From Phycisphaera mikurensis NBRC 102666 (GTDB lineage: Bacteria > Planctomycetota > Phycisphaerae > Phycisphaerales > Phycisphaeraceae), in assembly GCF_000284115.1 (NCBI RefSeq), contig NC_017080.1:1080001-1112000 (forward strand): a stretch of DNA of 32,000 bases. The letters run 5' to 3'. Made by a program: the position numbers and the translations under genes. The notes beneath the pieces were generated by a model. That model was not told where the DNA came from. It searched no databases and saw nothing but the letters and a program-made list of their open reading frames with translations. This document shows, one piece after another, positions 10,204 through 18,461 of this stretch (positions within the stretch are counted from its first letter, which is position 1; each line of letters begins with the position of its first letter).

Positions 10204-11226
10204 ATGAGACGCCCCTACCTGCTCTTCCTCGGCGCGGCCACCGATCCCTCCGACGCCAAGACCGCCTTCGGGCTGCGGGACTGGTGCCGGGACGACGTGG
10301 CCGGTCAGCACCGCCTGCCCGGGTGCGCCGTCGATCTGGGCCTGCCGGAGCTGGACCCCGCGGCCGCCGCCGAGGCGGGCGTGGGGTCGATGCTCATCGG
10401 CGTGGCGCCGGTCGGCGGCCGCGTGGAGGAAGCCTGGATCGCGCCGCTGGTCTCGGCGCTGCGTTGCGGGCTCGACCTCGTGAGCGGCCTCCACCAGCGG
10501 CTTGAGGAGGTGCCGGAAATCGCCGAAGCCGCGAAGGAGACCGGCCGCGACCTCCACAACGTGCGGCACGCGACGCGGAGCTTCCCGGTGGGCACCGGGC
10601 GGAAGCGGCCGGGCAAGCGGCTGCTGACCGTCGGCACCGATTGCGCGCTGGGCAAGAAGTACACGGCGTTGGCGATTGCCGCCGAGCTGAAGCGGCGGGG
10701 CGTCGACGCGGACTTCCGGGCCACCGGCCAGACGGGCCTCATGATCGCGGGCCGGGGTGTGGCGATCGACGCCGTCGTCGCCGACTTCATCGCCGGCGCC
10801 GCCGAGTGGCTGAGCCCGGCCGCCGATCCCGACCACTGGGACGTGATCGAGGGGCAGGGTTCGCTGCACAGCCCCGCCTACGCCGGGGTGTCGCTGGGGC
10901 TCCTGCACGGCTCGCAGCCCGACGCGCTGGTGGTCTGCCACGATCCCGGCCGCGAGCACATGGTCGACCTCCCGCACGTCCCGATGCCCGGCGTCAACGA
11001 AGCGGCCGAGCTCGCGGTCATGCTGGCGAAGCGGACCAACCCCGCGGCGCGGGTGGTCGGCGTGAGCGTCAACACCTCCGGCCTCGCCGAGGGTCGCCGC
11101 GGGCCGGTGCTCGCGGCGCTCCGCCAGGAGACGAAGCTGCCGGTGGTCGACCCGATGGTGGAGGGTGTGGCGGAGCTGTGCGACGCGCTGAGCGTCCCGC
11201 ACCACGCGGCGGCGGGGGCCGCGTGA
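10204..11226 (+). CDS. dgcN: DUF1611 family protein, D-glutamate N-acetyltransferase DgcN-like
   Basis: MRRPYLLFLGAATDPSDAKTAFGLRDW...GTDCALGKKYTALAIAAELKRRGVDADFRATGQTGLMIAGRGVAIDAVVADFIAGAAEWL...HWDVIEGQGSL; GGAGG ribosome site; adjacent epimerase. Confidence 0.85.
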   Translation: MRRPYLLFLGAATDPSDAKTAFGLRDWCRDDVAGQHRLPGCAVDLGLPELDPAAAAEAGVGSMLIGVAPVGGRVEEAWIAPLVSALRCGLDLVSGLHQRLEEVPEIAEAAKETGRDLHNVRHATRSFPVGTGRKRPGKRLLTVGTDCALGKKYTALAIAAELKRRGVDADFRATGQTGLMIAGRGVAIDAVVADFIAGAAEWLSPAADPDHWDVIEGQGSLHSPAYAGVSLGLLHGSQPDALVVCHDPGREHMVDLPHVPMPGVNEAAELAVMLAKRTNPAARVVGVSVNTSGLAEGRRGPVLAALRQETKLPVVDPMVEGVAELCDALSVPHHAAAGAA

Positions 11227-12212
11227 GCGGGCTGTCGATGCGGCTCGCGCCGGTGTCCTGGCCTCTGGTGCGGCCTTTCCGGATCGCCCGGGCCGAGTAC
11301 CGGACGGTCGAGGCGCTGCGGCTGGAACTTCACGACGGGCGGGGCAACCGCGGCCGGTCCGAGGCGCTCGGCGACGACTACCACGGCGAAAGCGTGGCGT
11401 CGATGCGCCGGCAGCTGGAGGATTCCCGGGCGCGGGTGGAAGCGGGCATCCAGCGGGTCCCGCTGATCGAGGACTTCCCCCGCGGCGGCGCCCGGCACCT
11501 GCTCGACGCGGCCCTCTGGGACCTGGAGGCGAAGCGGTCGGGCGTGCCCGCTTGGCGGGCGGCCGGCATCGGCGAGCCGCGCCGACGGGTGACCGCGTTC
11601 ACCGTCGGTCTCGGGGACGGCGAAGAGCTCGCCGCCGAGCTGCGGCGGGTCGCGGGCTTCCCGCTGCTGAAGCTCAAGGTCGGCGGGGACGACCCCCGGC
11701 CGCTGATCGAGCGGGTCCGTCGGACGCACCCCGACGCCGAGCTGATCCTCGACGCCAACGCCGCCTGGAGCATCGCCCAGCTGCGGAGCTGGCTCCCGGC
11801 GCTGCCCGGCCTCGGGGTGAGCCTGCTGGAGCAGCCGCTGCCGCCCGGGGAGGACGAGGCGCTCGCCGACCTCGACCACGCCGTGCCCATCGCGGCCGAC
11901 GAGTCGGTCGACGACACCGCGACGCTGCCGCCGCTGATCGGCCGCTACGACGCGGTGAACATCAAGCTGGACAAGGCCGGCGGGCTCACCGAGGCGCTGC
12001 GGCTTGCCGACGCGGCCGGGGCCGCCGGGCTGGCGGTCATGGTCGGCTGCATGGGGGGCAGCTCGCTGGCGATGGCGCCCGCCGCCGTGCTCGCGCAGCG
12101 GGCCCGGTGGATCGACCTGGACGGGCCGCTGCTCCAGCGAGAGGACGTCTCGCCGCCGATCCGCTACGAGGCCGGCTGGATGGGCTTCCCCGAGCCGGAG
12201 CTGTGGGGCTGA
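11223..12212 (+). CDS. Dipeptide epimerase / N-acyl amino acid racemase (enolase superfamily), DgcA-like
   Basis: GTG start overlaps the dgcN stop (GTGA). LKLKVGGDDP...LILDANAAWS...LLEQPLPPGED...IAADESVDD...NIKLDKAGGLTEAL is the MLE/MR subgroup catalytic pattern. Confidence 0.87.
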   Translation: MSGLSMRLAPVSWPLVRPFRIARAEYRTVEALRLELHDGRGNRGRSEALGDDYHGESVASMRRQLEDSRARVEAGIQRVPLIEDFPRGGARHLLDAALWDLEAKRSGVPAWRAAGIGEPRRRVTAFTVGLGDGEELAAELRRVAGFPLLKLKVGGDDPRPLIERVRRTHPDAELILDANAAWSIAQLRSWLPALPGLGVSLLEQPLPPGEDEALADLDHAVPIAADESVDDTATLPPLIGRYDAVNIKLDKAGGLTEALRLADAAGAAGLAVMVGCMGGSSLAMAPAAVLAQRARWIDLDGPLLQREDVSPPIRYEAGWMGFPEPELWG

Positions 12213-12482
12213 TGCGGGTCCGTTTCCCGGCGGTGCCGCTTCCCGGGGGGCCGCCGGGAGCTCCGACGCAGAAGGGCTCGCACGCCCCGACGCCGGCGGC
12301 CCACCGGTGCACAACCGACCCGCGAAACCCCGGTCCGGGCCCGCTCGGGGGGGACGCGGGTGGGGGTTGCCGCCCCGGCACGCGGCCGGGCGGGCCACGC
12401 CGCAGCCGCCGGCGTGCGCGGCGACGGCTGCCCTTGTGGCGCGGCGTTGATTCAGCTATAAAGAACATCTACTTCAGCAAAA

Positions 12483-12494
12483 CGGAACATTCCG
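12483..12494. promoter_or_regulatory. Candidate operator CGGAACATTCCG upstream of the 12513 gene
   Basis: Exact 12-nt copy of the 10133 motif, ending 18 nt before the ATG at 12513. Confidence 0.6.
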
Positions 12495-12512
12495 GACCTG
12501 CAGGAACCCCTC

Positions 12513-13880
12513 ATGCCCCGACCCGACTGCCCGCCCGATTTTCTCTGGACGCCGCAGCCCGCCGCGCAGGCCGTCGTCGACCGCCTCATCGCCCGGTTCG
12601 TGAGCCGCCACCCCTTCGCCGCCACGCTCGCCGACCGCCTCGCCTCCGAGGCCGGGGTCCGCCTGGGGGACCTCGTGGAGTCGATCCAGCTCGAGCCGGT
12701 GGGCCCGCACGACGGCCTGGAGGCGGAGCTGCGGGGCGTCGGATTCGAGGGCGCGGCGGACCGGCTCGTCCACCCCGGCGGGATCTTCCCAACGCTGCGG
12801 CTGATGCCCGGCGGGACCGTGCTCGGCTTCCGGGTCGAGTCGGTCGAGGCCTTCGCCGAGACGCACGCCCTGCGGGCGGAGCCGACCGGTCGGGAGGGCG
12901 ATCGGCTGCGGACCGTGGCGGCGGAGGCTGGCTCCGAGCCGGGCCGGCACACGCTGCTCGCGGTGGAGCGGCACGGCTGGGCGGGCTTCGAAGCGCCCGA
13001 CGATCCGGCTCCGATCCGCGACGCGACCGCCCGATGGCGGGAGGCCTTCCGGGCCCGCCCCCGCGGCGGCGCCGCGGACGGCGAGCTTTTCGAAGCCCTG
13101 GAGGCGGCGGTCCGCGGCGCCCTCGAAGAACTGCCGCGGGACCTGGCCTGCGACCTCTTCTTCGAGGCCGAGCGCGACTTCTGGACGGCCCGCAACCGCG
13201 CCGCCGGGGCGCAGCTCCGCCGGCAGCGGGCGCTGGGCATCGGCTGGGCGAACCACGACCACCACACCTACCGCAGCAGCCGCGGGAGCTTCGCGCGGAT
13301 GATCGCCGTCTTCGAATCGCTGGGGCTGGCCTGCCGCGAGAGCTTCACGCCGGGGCCCGACGCGGGCTGGGGGGCGCAGGTGCTCGAGCAACCGGTGACG
13401 CGGATCGTGATCTTCGCCGACGTGGACATGACGCCCGAGGAGCTACTCGGAGACTTCGCCCACGAGGGGCTGACGCCACGCCAGGAGCTCGGCACCGTCG
13501 GGCTCTGGTGCGGGCTGCACGGGGAGTCGATCCTCGGCGCCGGGATGCACCACCTCGAGTGCGTCTTCGGGTTCGACCTGCTCCGCGAGCAGCTGCTCGC
13601 CGGCGACGGCATCGGCATGATGGATCCGTTCTCCTCCTTCGACCACCTCAAGCAGCAGTTCACCGAGGGCGAGGTCTGGCCCGTGCAGCCGCACCGGATC
13701 CGGGCGCTGCTCGAGGGCGGCCGCATCACCGCGGAGCAGGCGGAACGCTTCGCCCGCGAGGGCGCGATCGGTTCGCACCTGGAGAACCTCGAACGCAACG
13801 ACGGATTCAAAGGCTTCAACCAGGAGGGCGTCACCGACATCATCCAGCGGACCGACGCCCGCGCGGCGGCCCGGGCCTGA
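12513..13880 (+). CDS. Conserved-looking protein of unknown function, possible VOC/glyoxalase-like metalloenzyme
   Basis: 455-aa ORF, strong GC3 bias, NHDHHTYRSSRGSFARMIAVFESLGL...GWGAQVLEQPVTRIVIFADVDM and GAGMHHLECVFGFDLLREQL; placed in the cluster with the same operator as dgcN. Confidence 0.7.
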   Translation: MPRPDCPPDFLWTPQPAAQAVVDRLIARFVSRHPFAATLADRLASEAGVRLGDLVESIQLEPVGPHDGLEAELRGVGFEGAADRLVHPGGIFPTLRLMPGGTVLGFRVESVEAFAETHALRAEPTGREGDRLRTVAAEAGSEPGRHTLLAVERHGWAGFEAPDDPAPIRDATARWREAFRARPRGGAADGELFEALEAAVRGALEELPRDLACDLFFEAERDFWTARNRAAGAQLRRQRALGIGWANHDHHTYRSSRGSFARMIAVFESLGLACRESFTPGPDAGWGAQVLEQPVTRIVIFADVDMTPEELLGDFAHEGLTPRQELGTVGLWCGLHGESILGAGMHHLECVFGFDLLREQLLAGDGIGMMDPFSSFDHLKQQFTEGEVWPVQPHRIRALLEGGRITAEQAERFAREGAIGSHLENLERNDGFKGFNQEGVTDIIQRTDARAAARA

Positions 13881-13902
13881 GCCCGGATGCGTGGACGCGC
13901 TC

Positions 13903-13954
13903 CCGCCGCGGACCGCGGCCCCTTCGGCTCGTTTCGGGCCGCGGTCCGCGGCGG
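13903..13954. terminator. 19-bp perfect inverted repeat downstream of the 12513-13880 gene
   Basis: CCGCCGCGGACCGCGGCCC (13903-13921) / GGGCCGCGGTCCGCGGCGG (13936-13954), 14-nt loop, starts 22 nt after the stop. Confidence 0.65.
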
Positions 13955-14014
13955 CTCCGCCCGGGCGGCCGGGCGGCCGGGCGACGCTCCGCGCGGGGGC
14001 GGAAACCGGAAGAC

Positions 14015-14060
14015 CCGCGGACCGCGGGCCCGGACGCCGCAAACGCTCGACGGTCCGCGG
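14015..14060. repeat. CCGCGGACCG / CGGTCCGCGG inverted pair upstream of the iclR-type gene
   Basis: 10-bp arms at 14015-14024 and 14051-14060 with 26-nt spacer; overlaps an alternative stem GACGCCGC/GCGGCGTC (14033-14040/14057-14064). Confidence 0.5.
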
Positions 14061-14093
14061 CGTCGGTCCCGGGCCGCTGCTACCTTCCGGATC

Positions 14094-14828
14094 ATGGAAT
14101 CCACGGTCCTCGTCAAAGCCTTCGGCATCCTGGAGACGCTCGCCCACGAGCAGAAGGCGATGTCGCTGGCGGAGCTGACCGAGGTGCTCTCGCTCAACAA
14201 GCCGACGATCCACCGGATCCTGCAGGACCTCATCGGCCTGGGCTACGTGGAGCGGGTGGGCGGTGGGGTGTACGTGCTCACGCACAAGCTGCGGCGGCTC
14301 TCGCAGGACGAGGGCACGGCGCGGCTGATCGAGGTGGGCGAGCCGCTGCTGGCGGGGCTGCACGAGGCGACCGAGGAGACGACCAACCTGGGGGTTTTGC
14401 GTCAGGACAAGGTGGCGTACCTGATGGTGCTGGAGAGCCCCCAGCCGCTGCGTCGGGTGGAGGGCCCCGGCTCGCTGGACCCGTTCCACTCCACGGCGTT
14501 GGGGCGTGCGATCGTGAGCCACCTGCCCGAGGAGCGTTGGCCGCGGCTGATGAAGGGGGTGCGTCTGCGGAAGCAGACGGCCAACACGATCACGGACAAG
14601 GACGCTCTGGTGGAGACGCTGCGGACGGCGAAGGCGCAGGGCTACGCCGACGAGTGGGAGGAGAACGACGTGGGGGTGATGTGCGTGGCGGTGCCGGTGC
14701 TGGTGGACGGCGAGCCGCTGGCGGCGGTGAGCCTGACGGTGCCGCTGCCGCGGATCGACCGCGCCCGCGAGCGGGAGCTGGTGACGCGGCTCCGCGAGAC
14801 GGCGGCGGCGTTCGGCGGAGCGCTCTGA
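14094..14828 (+). CDS. IclR family transcriptional regulator
   Basis: N-terminal wHTH VLVKAFGILETLAHEQKAMSLAELTEVLSLNKPTIHRILQDLIGLGYVER; effector domain LDPFHSTALGRAI and CVAVPVLV..AAVSLTVP. Confidence 0.93.
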   Translation: MESTVLVKAFGILETLAHEQKAMSLAELTEVLSLNKPTIHRILQDLIGLGYVERVGGGVYVLTHKLRRLSQDEGTARLIEVGEPLLAGLHEATEETTNLGVLRQDKVAYLMVLESPQPLRRVEGPGSLDPFHSTALGRAIVSHLPEERWPRLMKGVRLRKQTANTITDKDALVETLRTAKAQGYADEWEENDVGVMCVAVPVLVDGEPLAAVSLTVPLPRIDRARERELVTRLRETAAAFGGAL

Positions 14829-14842
14829 CGCCGCGGAGCTTG

Positions 14843-15682
14843 TCACCGCGGACGGCAGGCCCGCGATTGCCGGATGCCCGGCACCGGCCAGCGGGTCTTC
14901 CAGACGCCGGGAGTCTCGTGCTCGGTGAGGATCAGGTCGCGGCCGTCGGGGCCGCCCAGGTGCAGGTTGGTGACCTCGCCGAAGGGCAGCTCCACGCGGT
15001 CGAGGAGGCCCCCGTCCGCGTCGAAGACGTCCAGCTCGCCCTCGCCGTAGTTGGCGACCACCAGGCGGCCCTCGGCGTCGAAGTCGATGCCGTCGGCGCC
15101 GATCTCGTTGCCGCCCGGGAGCGTCGCGAAGTCCCGGCGGTTGGCGAGCACGCCCGGCTCGGGGAGGTCGAAGGCGATCAGCTTGCGGGTCATCGTCTCG
15201 GCCACGATGAGCGTCCGGTTGTCGGGGCCGACGGCCAGGCCGTTGCAGAAGGCGAAGCCCTCGGCGACGGTGCGGACGGTGCCGTCGAGCAGCCGGCAGC
15301 AGACCCGGCCGTGGCGTGCGTCGAGCCCGGAGCCGTCGGGCACGGTGAAGTAAAGGTTGCCGTCGTCGTCGAGCGCCCCGTCGTTGCACCCCTTCAGCGG
15401 CCGGCCGTCCTGCTCGGTGACGACCGGCTCGACCGAGCCGTCGGGGTCGATCCGCAGGACCCCCAGCTTGGAGTCGATCAGCCAGAGGCGGTTGTCCGCG
15501 TCGACCTGCATGCCCGCGGGGCCGCCGTCGGTGCGCGCGTGCTCGCGGGTGCCGCCGCCGTCGAGCAGCTCGAGGATCGGCCCGGCCGAGGACACCACGA
15601 ACCAGCGGCCGTCGTGGTCCTGGATCGGCCCCTCGGCTCCGGGCACGGGGGCGGCGAGTCTCCGGGGCGGTGTCGTCAGCAT
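14843..15682 (-). CDS. SMP-30/gluconolactonase/LRE family protein
   Basis: GNLYFTVPDGSG, GFAFCNGLAVGPDNRTLIVAETMTRKLIAFD, EIGADGIDFDAEGRLVVANYGEGELDVFD. Confidence 0.9.
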   Translation of the reverse strand: MLTTPPRRLAAPVPGAEGPIQDHDGRWFVVSSAGPILELLDGGGTREHARTDGGPAGMQVDADNRLWLIDSKLGVLRIDPDGSVEPVVTEQDGRPLKGCNDGALDDDGNLYFTVPDGSGLDARHGRVCCRLLDGTVRTVAEGFAFCNGLAVGPDNRTLIVAETMTRKLIAFDLPEPGVLANRRDFATLPGGNEIGADGIDFDAEGRLVVANYGEGELDVFDADGGLLDRVELPFGEVTNLHLGGPDGRDLILTEHETPGVWKTRWPVPGIRQSRACRPR

Positions 15683-15704
15683 GGTGCGTCCTTCGGGGAG
15701 CGGG

Positions 15705-16778
15705 TCAGGCGGCGGGGCCGAGGAACTCGGCGAGGAAGGCGAGGTCGGGGCCGGGGTTCCAGGTGTGGCCGCCGCGGAAGCGATCGACGCGGAGGTTCTC
15801 CGGGGTCCCCGCGAGCTGGTAGCCGCGGCGGATGACCGGCAGCGCGGCGTCCAGGCCCGCGGACGGGAAGATCGGATCGTCGCCGCCAGCCGAGACGAGC
15901 AGCGGCCGGGGCGCGAGCAGGGCGGCGATGTCGGGGATGTCCAGCTCCGCGGCCAGGCCGGGGATGAAGTTGCACAGGCAGTGCGGCATCGCCAGCACGG
16001 AATCGGCGAAGCGGTTGACGTAGCCGCTGACGATGGCCGCGGCGATCCGCTCGTCGAGCGCGGCGGTCAGCAGCGTCACCGTGCCCCCGCCGCTGATGCC
16101 GGCCATGCCGATCCGCTCCGGGTCGACGCCCGGCAGCCCCGCGAGCACGGTCAGCAGCACGCGGGCCTCGTGCACGCGGAGCGCGGCGAGCGTGGTGCCG
16201 TACGCGAGCGCGAGCTCGGCGGCGGGGCGGCAGCCCGCGGTGGCGTCGTCGGGCGGGGCCGCGGCGGCCGCGGCGGGGTCGCGTCGGTGGCCCATGCCCA
16301 GCGGCTCCAGCGTGAGGGTGGTGCAGCCGGCGCGGAGGAAGCCCAGGCCGAAGCCGCGCTGGTAGCCGCCGTCCGCGGAACCCGGCACCGCGTCGGCGGG
16401 TCCATCGGCGGGGCGGTCGTCCGGGGAGAAGTGCCCGGGGTGAACGAGGACGGCCGGCCCGGGCGCGTCGCGACGCTCCGGCTCGCCGATCCACGCGACG
16501 GCCCGCACGCCCGGCAGCGTCTCCACCACGACCCGGCGGAGCGGGACGCCATGAGGCGTGTCCGTGCCGACCTCTTCCACCGCCACCGGCTCCCGCGGGT
16601 CCGCCGCGTCGGGGATCGGCCCCAGCCGCTCGCGGAGCGTTGCACGCGCTTGCGCCTGCCACGCGGCGAACCCGCGGCCGTCGGGATCCCGTCGCAGCAG
16701 CCCGGCGGCCGGCTCGCGGTGGAGCAGCGCGTGCAGGGCCCGCCGGTCCGGCGGCGGCGGCCACGAGCCGCCGGCCAT
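15705..16778 (-). CDS. Alpha/beta hydrolase (dienelactone hydrolase / acetylxylan-esterase-like)
   Basis: PERIGMAGISGGGTVTLLTAALDERIAAAIVSGYVNRF (GxSGG nucleophile elbow), LLAPRPLLVSAGGDDPIFP, FRGGHTWNP. Confidence 0.8.
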   Translation of the reverse strand: MAGGSWPPPPDRRALHALLHREPAAGLLRRDPDGRGFAAWQAQARATLRERLGPIPDAADPREPVAVEEVGTDTPHGVPLRRVVVETLPGVRAVAWIGEPERRDAPGPAVLVHPGHFSPDDRPADGPADAVPGSADGGYQRGFGLGFLRAGCTTLTLEPLGMGHRRDPAAAAAAPPDDATAGCRPAAELALAYGTTLAALRVHEARVLLTVLAGLPGVDPERIGMAGISGGGTVTLLTAALDERIAAAIVSGYVNRFADSVLAMPHCLCNFIPGLAAELDIPDIAALLAPRPLLVSAGGDDPIFPSAGLDAALPVIRRGYQLAGTPENLRVDRFRGGHTWNPGPDLAFLAEFLGPAA

Positions 16779-16795
16779 GGGATGCGGCCGATCGC

Positions 16796-17191
16796 TCAAC
16801 CCGCCTCCGCCGGCATGGCCACCACCGCGTCGATCTCGATCAGCAGGCCCGGCACCGCGAGCGAGGAACCGACGGTGGTCCGAGCCGGGCGGTGGTCGCC
16901 GATCCATTCTCGGAAGACCTTGTTCATCTCGGCGAAATCGCGTTGCACCTCCGCGAGGAACACCCGCATCGTGACGATCCGGCCGCGATGGGTGCCCGCC
17001 TTCTCCATGGCGGCGTCGAGGTCCGCGAGCGTCTGCCGGGTCTGCGCCGCGAGGTCGCCGGCGATGGGGTCGGACGTGCCGGGCCAGAAGCCGACGTGGC
17101 CCGAGACGTAGAAGAGGCCGTTGTGGACGACGCCGGTGCTGATCGGCAGGTTCGGGTCGGGATCGATGACGCGGAGATCGGGCTCGGGCAT
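16796..17191 (-). CDS. RidA family (YjgF/YER057c/UK114) protein
   Basis: 131 aa; VVHNGLFYVSGHVG...DLAAQTRQTLADLDAAMEKAG...VTMRVFL...MNKVFREWIGDHRPARTTVGSSLAVPGLLIEIDAVV. Confidence 0.93.
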   Translation of the reverse strand: MPEPDLRVIDPDPNLPISTGVVHNGLFYVSGHVGFWPGTSDPIAGDLAAQTRQTLADLDAAMEKAGTHRGRIVTMRVFLAEVQRDFAEMNKVFREWIGDHRPARTTVGSSLAVPGLLIEIDAVVAMPAEAG

Positions 17192-17462
17192 GGCGGGTTC
17201 GGCGGGGTGCGGGGGCGAGACCCCCGAGGCGGGCTGGGGACCTTCCGGGAGGCTGCGGGGGAGCAGCGGCTTCCCCTCGGGCCACATCCGATGTATCCTA
17301 TCGTAGAATTGCCCGTTCCGCACTTGGTCGTAAGATCGGGATCCTCCCCATCTCGCGGCGTGCCCGGTGGCACGCCCCCAGCCGCGGCCGCTCCAGGAAA
17401 TCCAGACTTTGACACCTCCCGCTCCCCCCATCGCTCCGCCCGCACCTTCCCGAAGCTCCCGC

Positions 17463-18122
17463 GTGGAGCCGCGTGACGTGGACGCTTGCGTCGATCTCGA
17501 CGAGCTCTACGTGGCCGTCGTGGCCGATGCGCTCGACATGGTCGGTCTGCGGAACCAGTGCCCCTCGGTGACGCTGACCGCCCGGACCGGCATCGCCACG
17601 CTGCACGGCCGCTGCCGCACCACCGCCTGGGAGGACTTGGACGCCGAGGACCCCAGCCCCTACGAGCTGGAGCTCGAGGCGGTGGACGGGTGCCGCCCCG
17701 GCGACGTTCTCATCGCCGCCGCCGAAGGCTCCACCGCCTCGGGCATCTGGGGCGAGCTGCTCTCGACCGCGGCCCGCAACGCGGGCTGCGCCGGCGTGCT
17801 CGTCGACGGAGCGGTCCGCGACGTGGCGAAGATGACCCGCATGGGCTTCCCCTGCTTCGCCCGCTCGGTGTGCCCGTACGACAGCCAGCACCGCCAGCGG
17901 GTGACCGAGGTGGGCGGGGCGGTCCAGGTCGGCGGCGTGACCTTCCGCGACGGCGACCTCGTGTTCGCCGACGCCGACGGCGTCGTGGTCGTGCCGCAGG
18001 AGGTCGAGGACGAGGTGCTCCGCCTCGCCACGAAGAAGATCCGCGACGAGAACCAGACGCGCGACGCGATCAAGGCGGGGATGCCGGCCACCGAGGCCTA
18101 CGCCCGCTTCGGCGTGCTCTGA
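17463..18122 (+). CDS. RraA family protein (4-hydroxy-4-methyl-2-oxoglutarate aldolase-like / dimethylmenaquinone methyltransferase-like); start uncertain
   Basis: VAVVADALDMVG..., GELLSTAARNAGCAGVLVDGAVRDVAKMTRMGFPCFAR, GDLVFADADGVVVVPQEVEDEVL. Open upstream to GTG 17367. Confidence 0.9.
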   Translation: MEPRDVDACVDLDELYVAVVADALDMVGLRNQCPSVTLTARTGIATLHGRCRTTAWEDLDAEDPSPYELELEAVDGCRPGDVLIAAAEGSTASGIWGELLSTAARNAGCAGVLVDGAVRDVAKMTRMGFPCFARSVCPYDSQHRQRVTEVGGAVQVGGVTFRDGDLVFADADGVVVVPQEVEDEVLRLATKKIRDENQTRDAIKAGMPATEAYARFGVL

Positions 18123-18433
18123 GGCATCGCGGAGGCGTCGGCGGCCGTGAGGCCCGCCTCTTCCGGGCGGACGGCCGCCCCGCCGGCTGCGGCTCGACCA
18201 CGCACGCGCTCGGCTCCGAGGTGCGCCGGCCGGCCCCTCCGAAGGCCGAGCGGCAGGGCTGTTCGCTCCGGAGGACCCGGCTGTGGCTGGGGGCCGGCAG
18301 CGGCATGCACGCGCTTCCGCCGGCCTCGGGAAGATCGACGGCATGCGTCGGCGGGCACGGCGATCCACCGGCGGCAGCGTCTGGCATGCTGGTCTCCCGC
18401 GGCGGCGGGCGTCTCGGGCGTCGTGCTGTATAA

Positions 18434-18445
18434 CGGAATCTTTCC
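18434..18445. promoter_or_regulatory. Variant inverted repeat CGGAATCTTTCC upstream of the FAH-family gene
   Basis: GGAA-TCT-TTCC, preceded by TATAA; similar to CGGAACATTCCG but with a 3-nt spacer. Confidence 0.4.
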
Positions 18446-18461
18446 TGTCAAGGAGCAAAAT

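Noticed and set aside
8772-10505. 577-aa plus-strand ORF
   Set aside because: Antisense of the aminotransferase/ornithine cyclodeaminase-like genes, GC artefact.
9034-11205. 723-aa minus-strand ORF
   Set aside because: Overlaps the aminotransferase (wrong frame) and is antisense to dgcN; no motifs.
12226-12258. Hairpin CCCGGCGG...CCGCCGGG after the epimerase gene
   Set aside because: 8-bp stem with long loop and no U-tract; plausible but not distinguishable from background GC pairing, and it lacks the CCGCGGACCG core.
13945-13980. GGGCGGCC-type simple repeats
   Set aside because: Short low-complexity GC stretch, expected at this composition; only the flanking 19-bp inverted repeat is exceptional.
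11552-15835. 1427-aa plus-strand ORF
   Set aside because: Runs through the epimerase, the unknown gene, IclR and antisense SMP-30 in the wrong frame; composition is low-complexity R/A/G/P, typical of spurious ORFs in very high-GC DNA.
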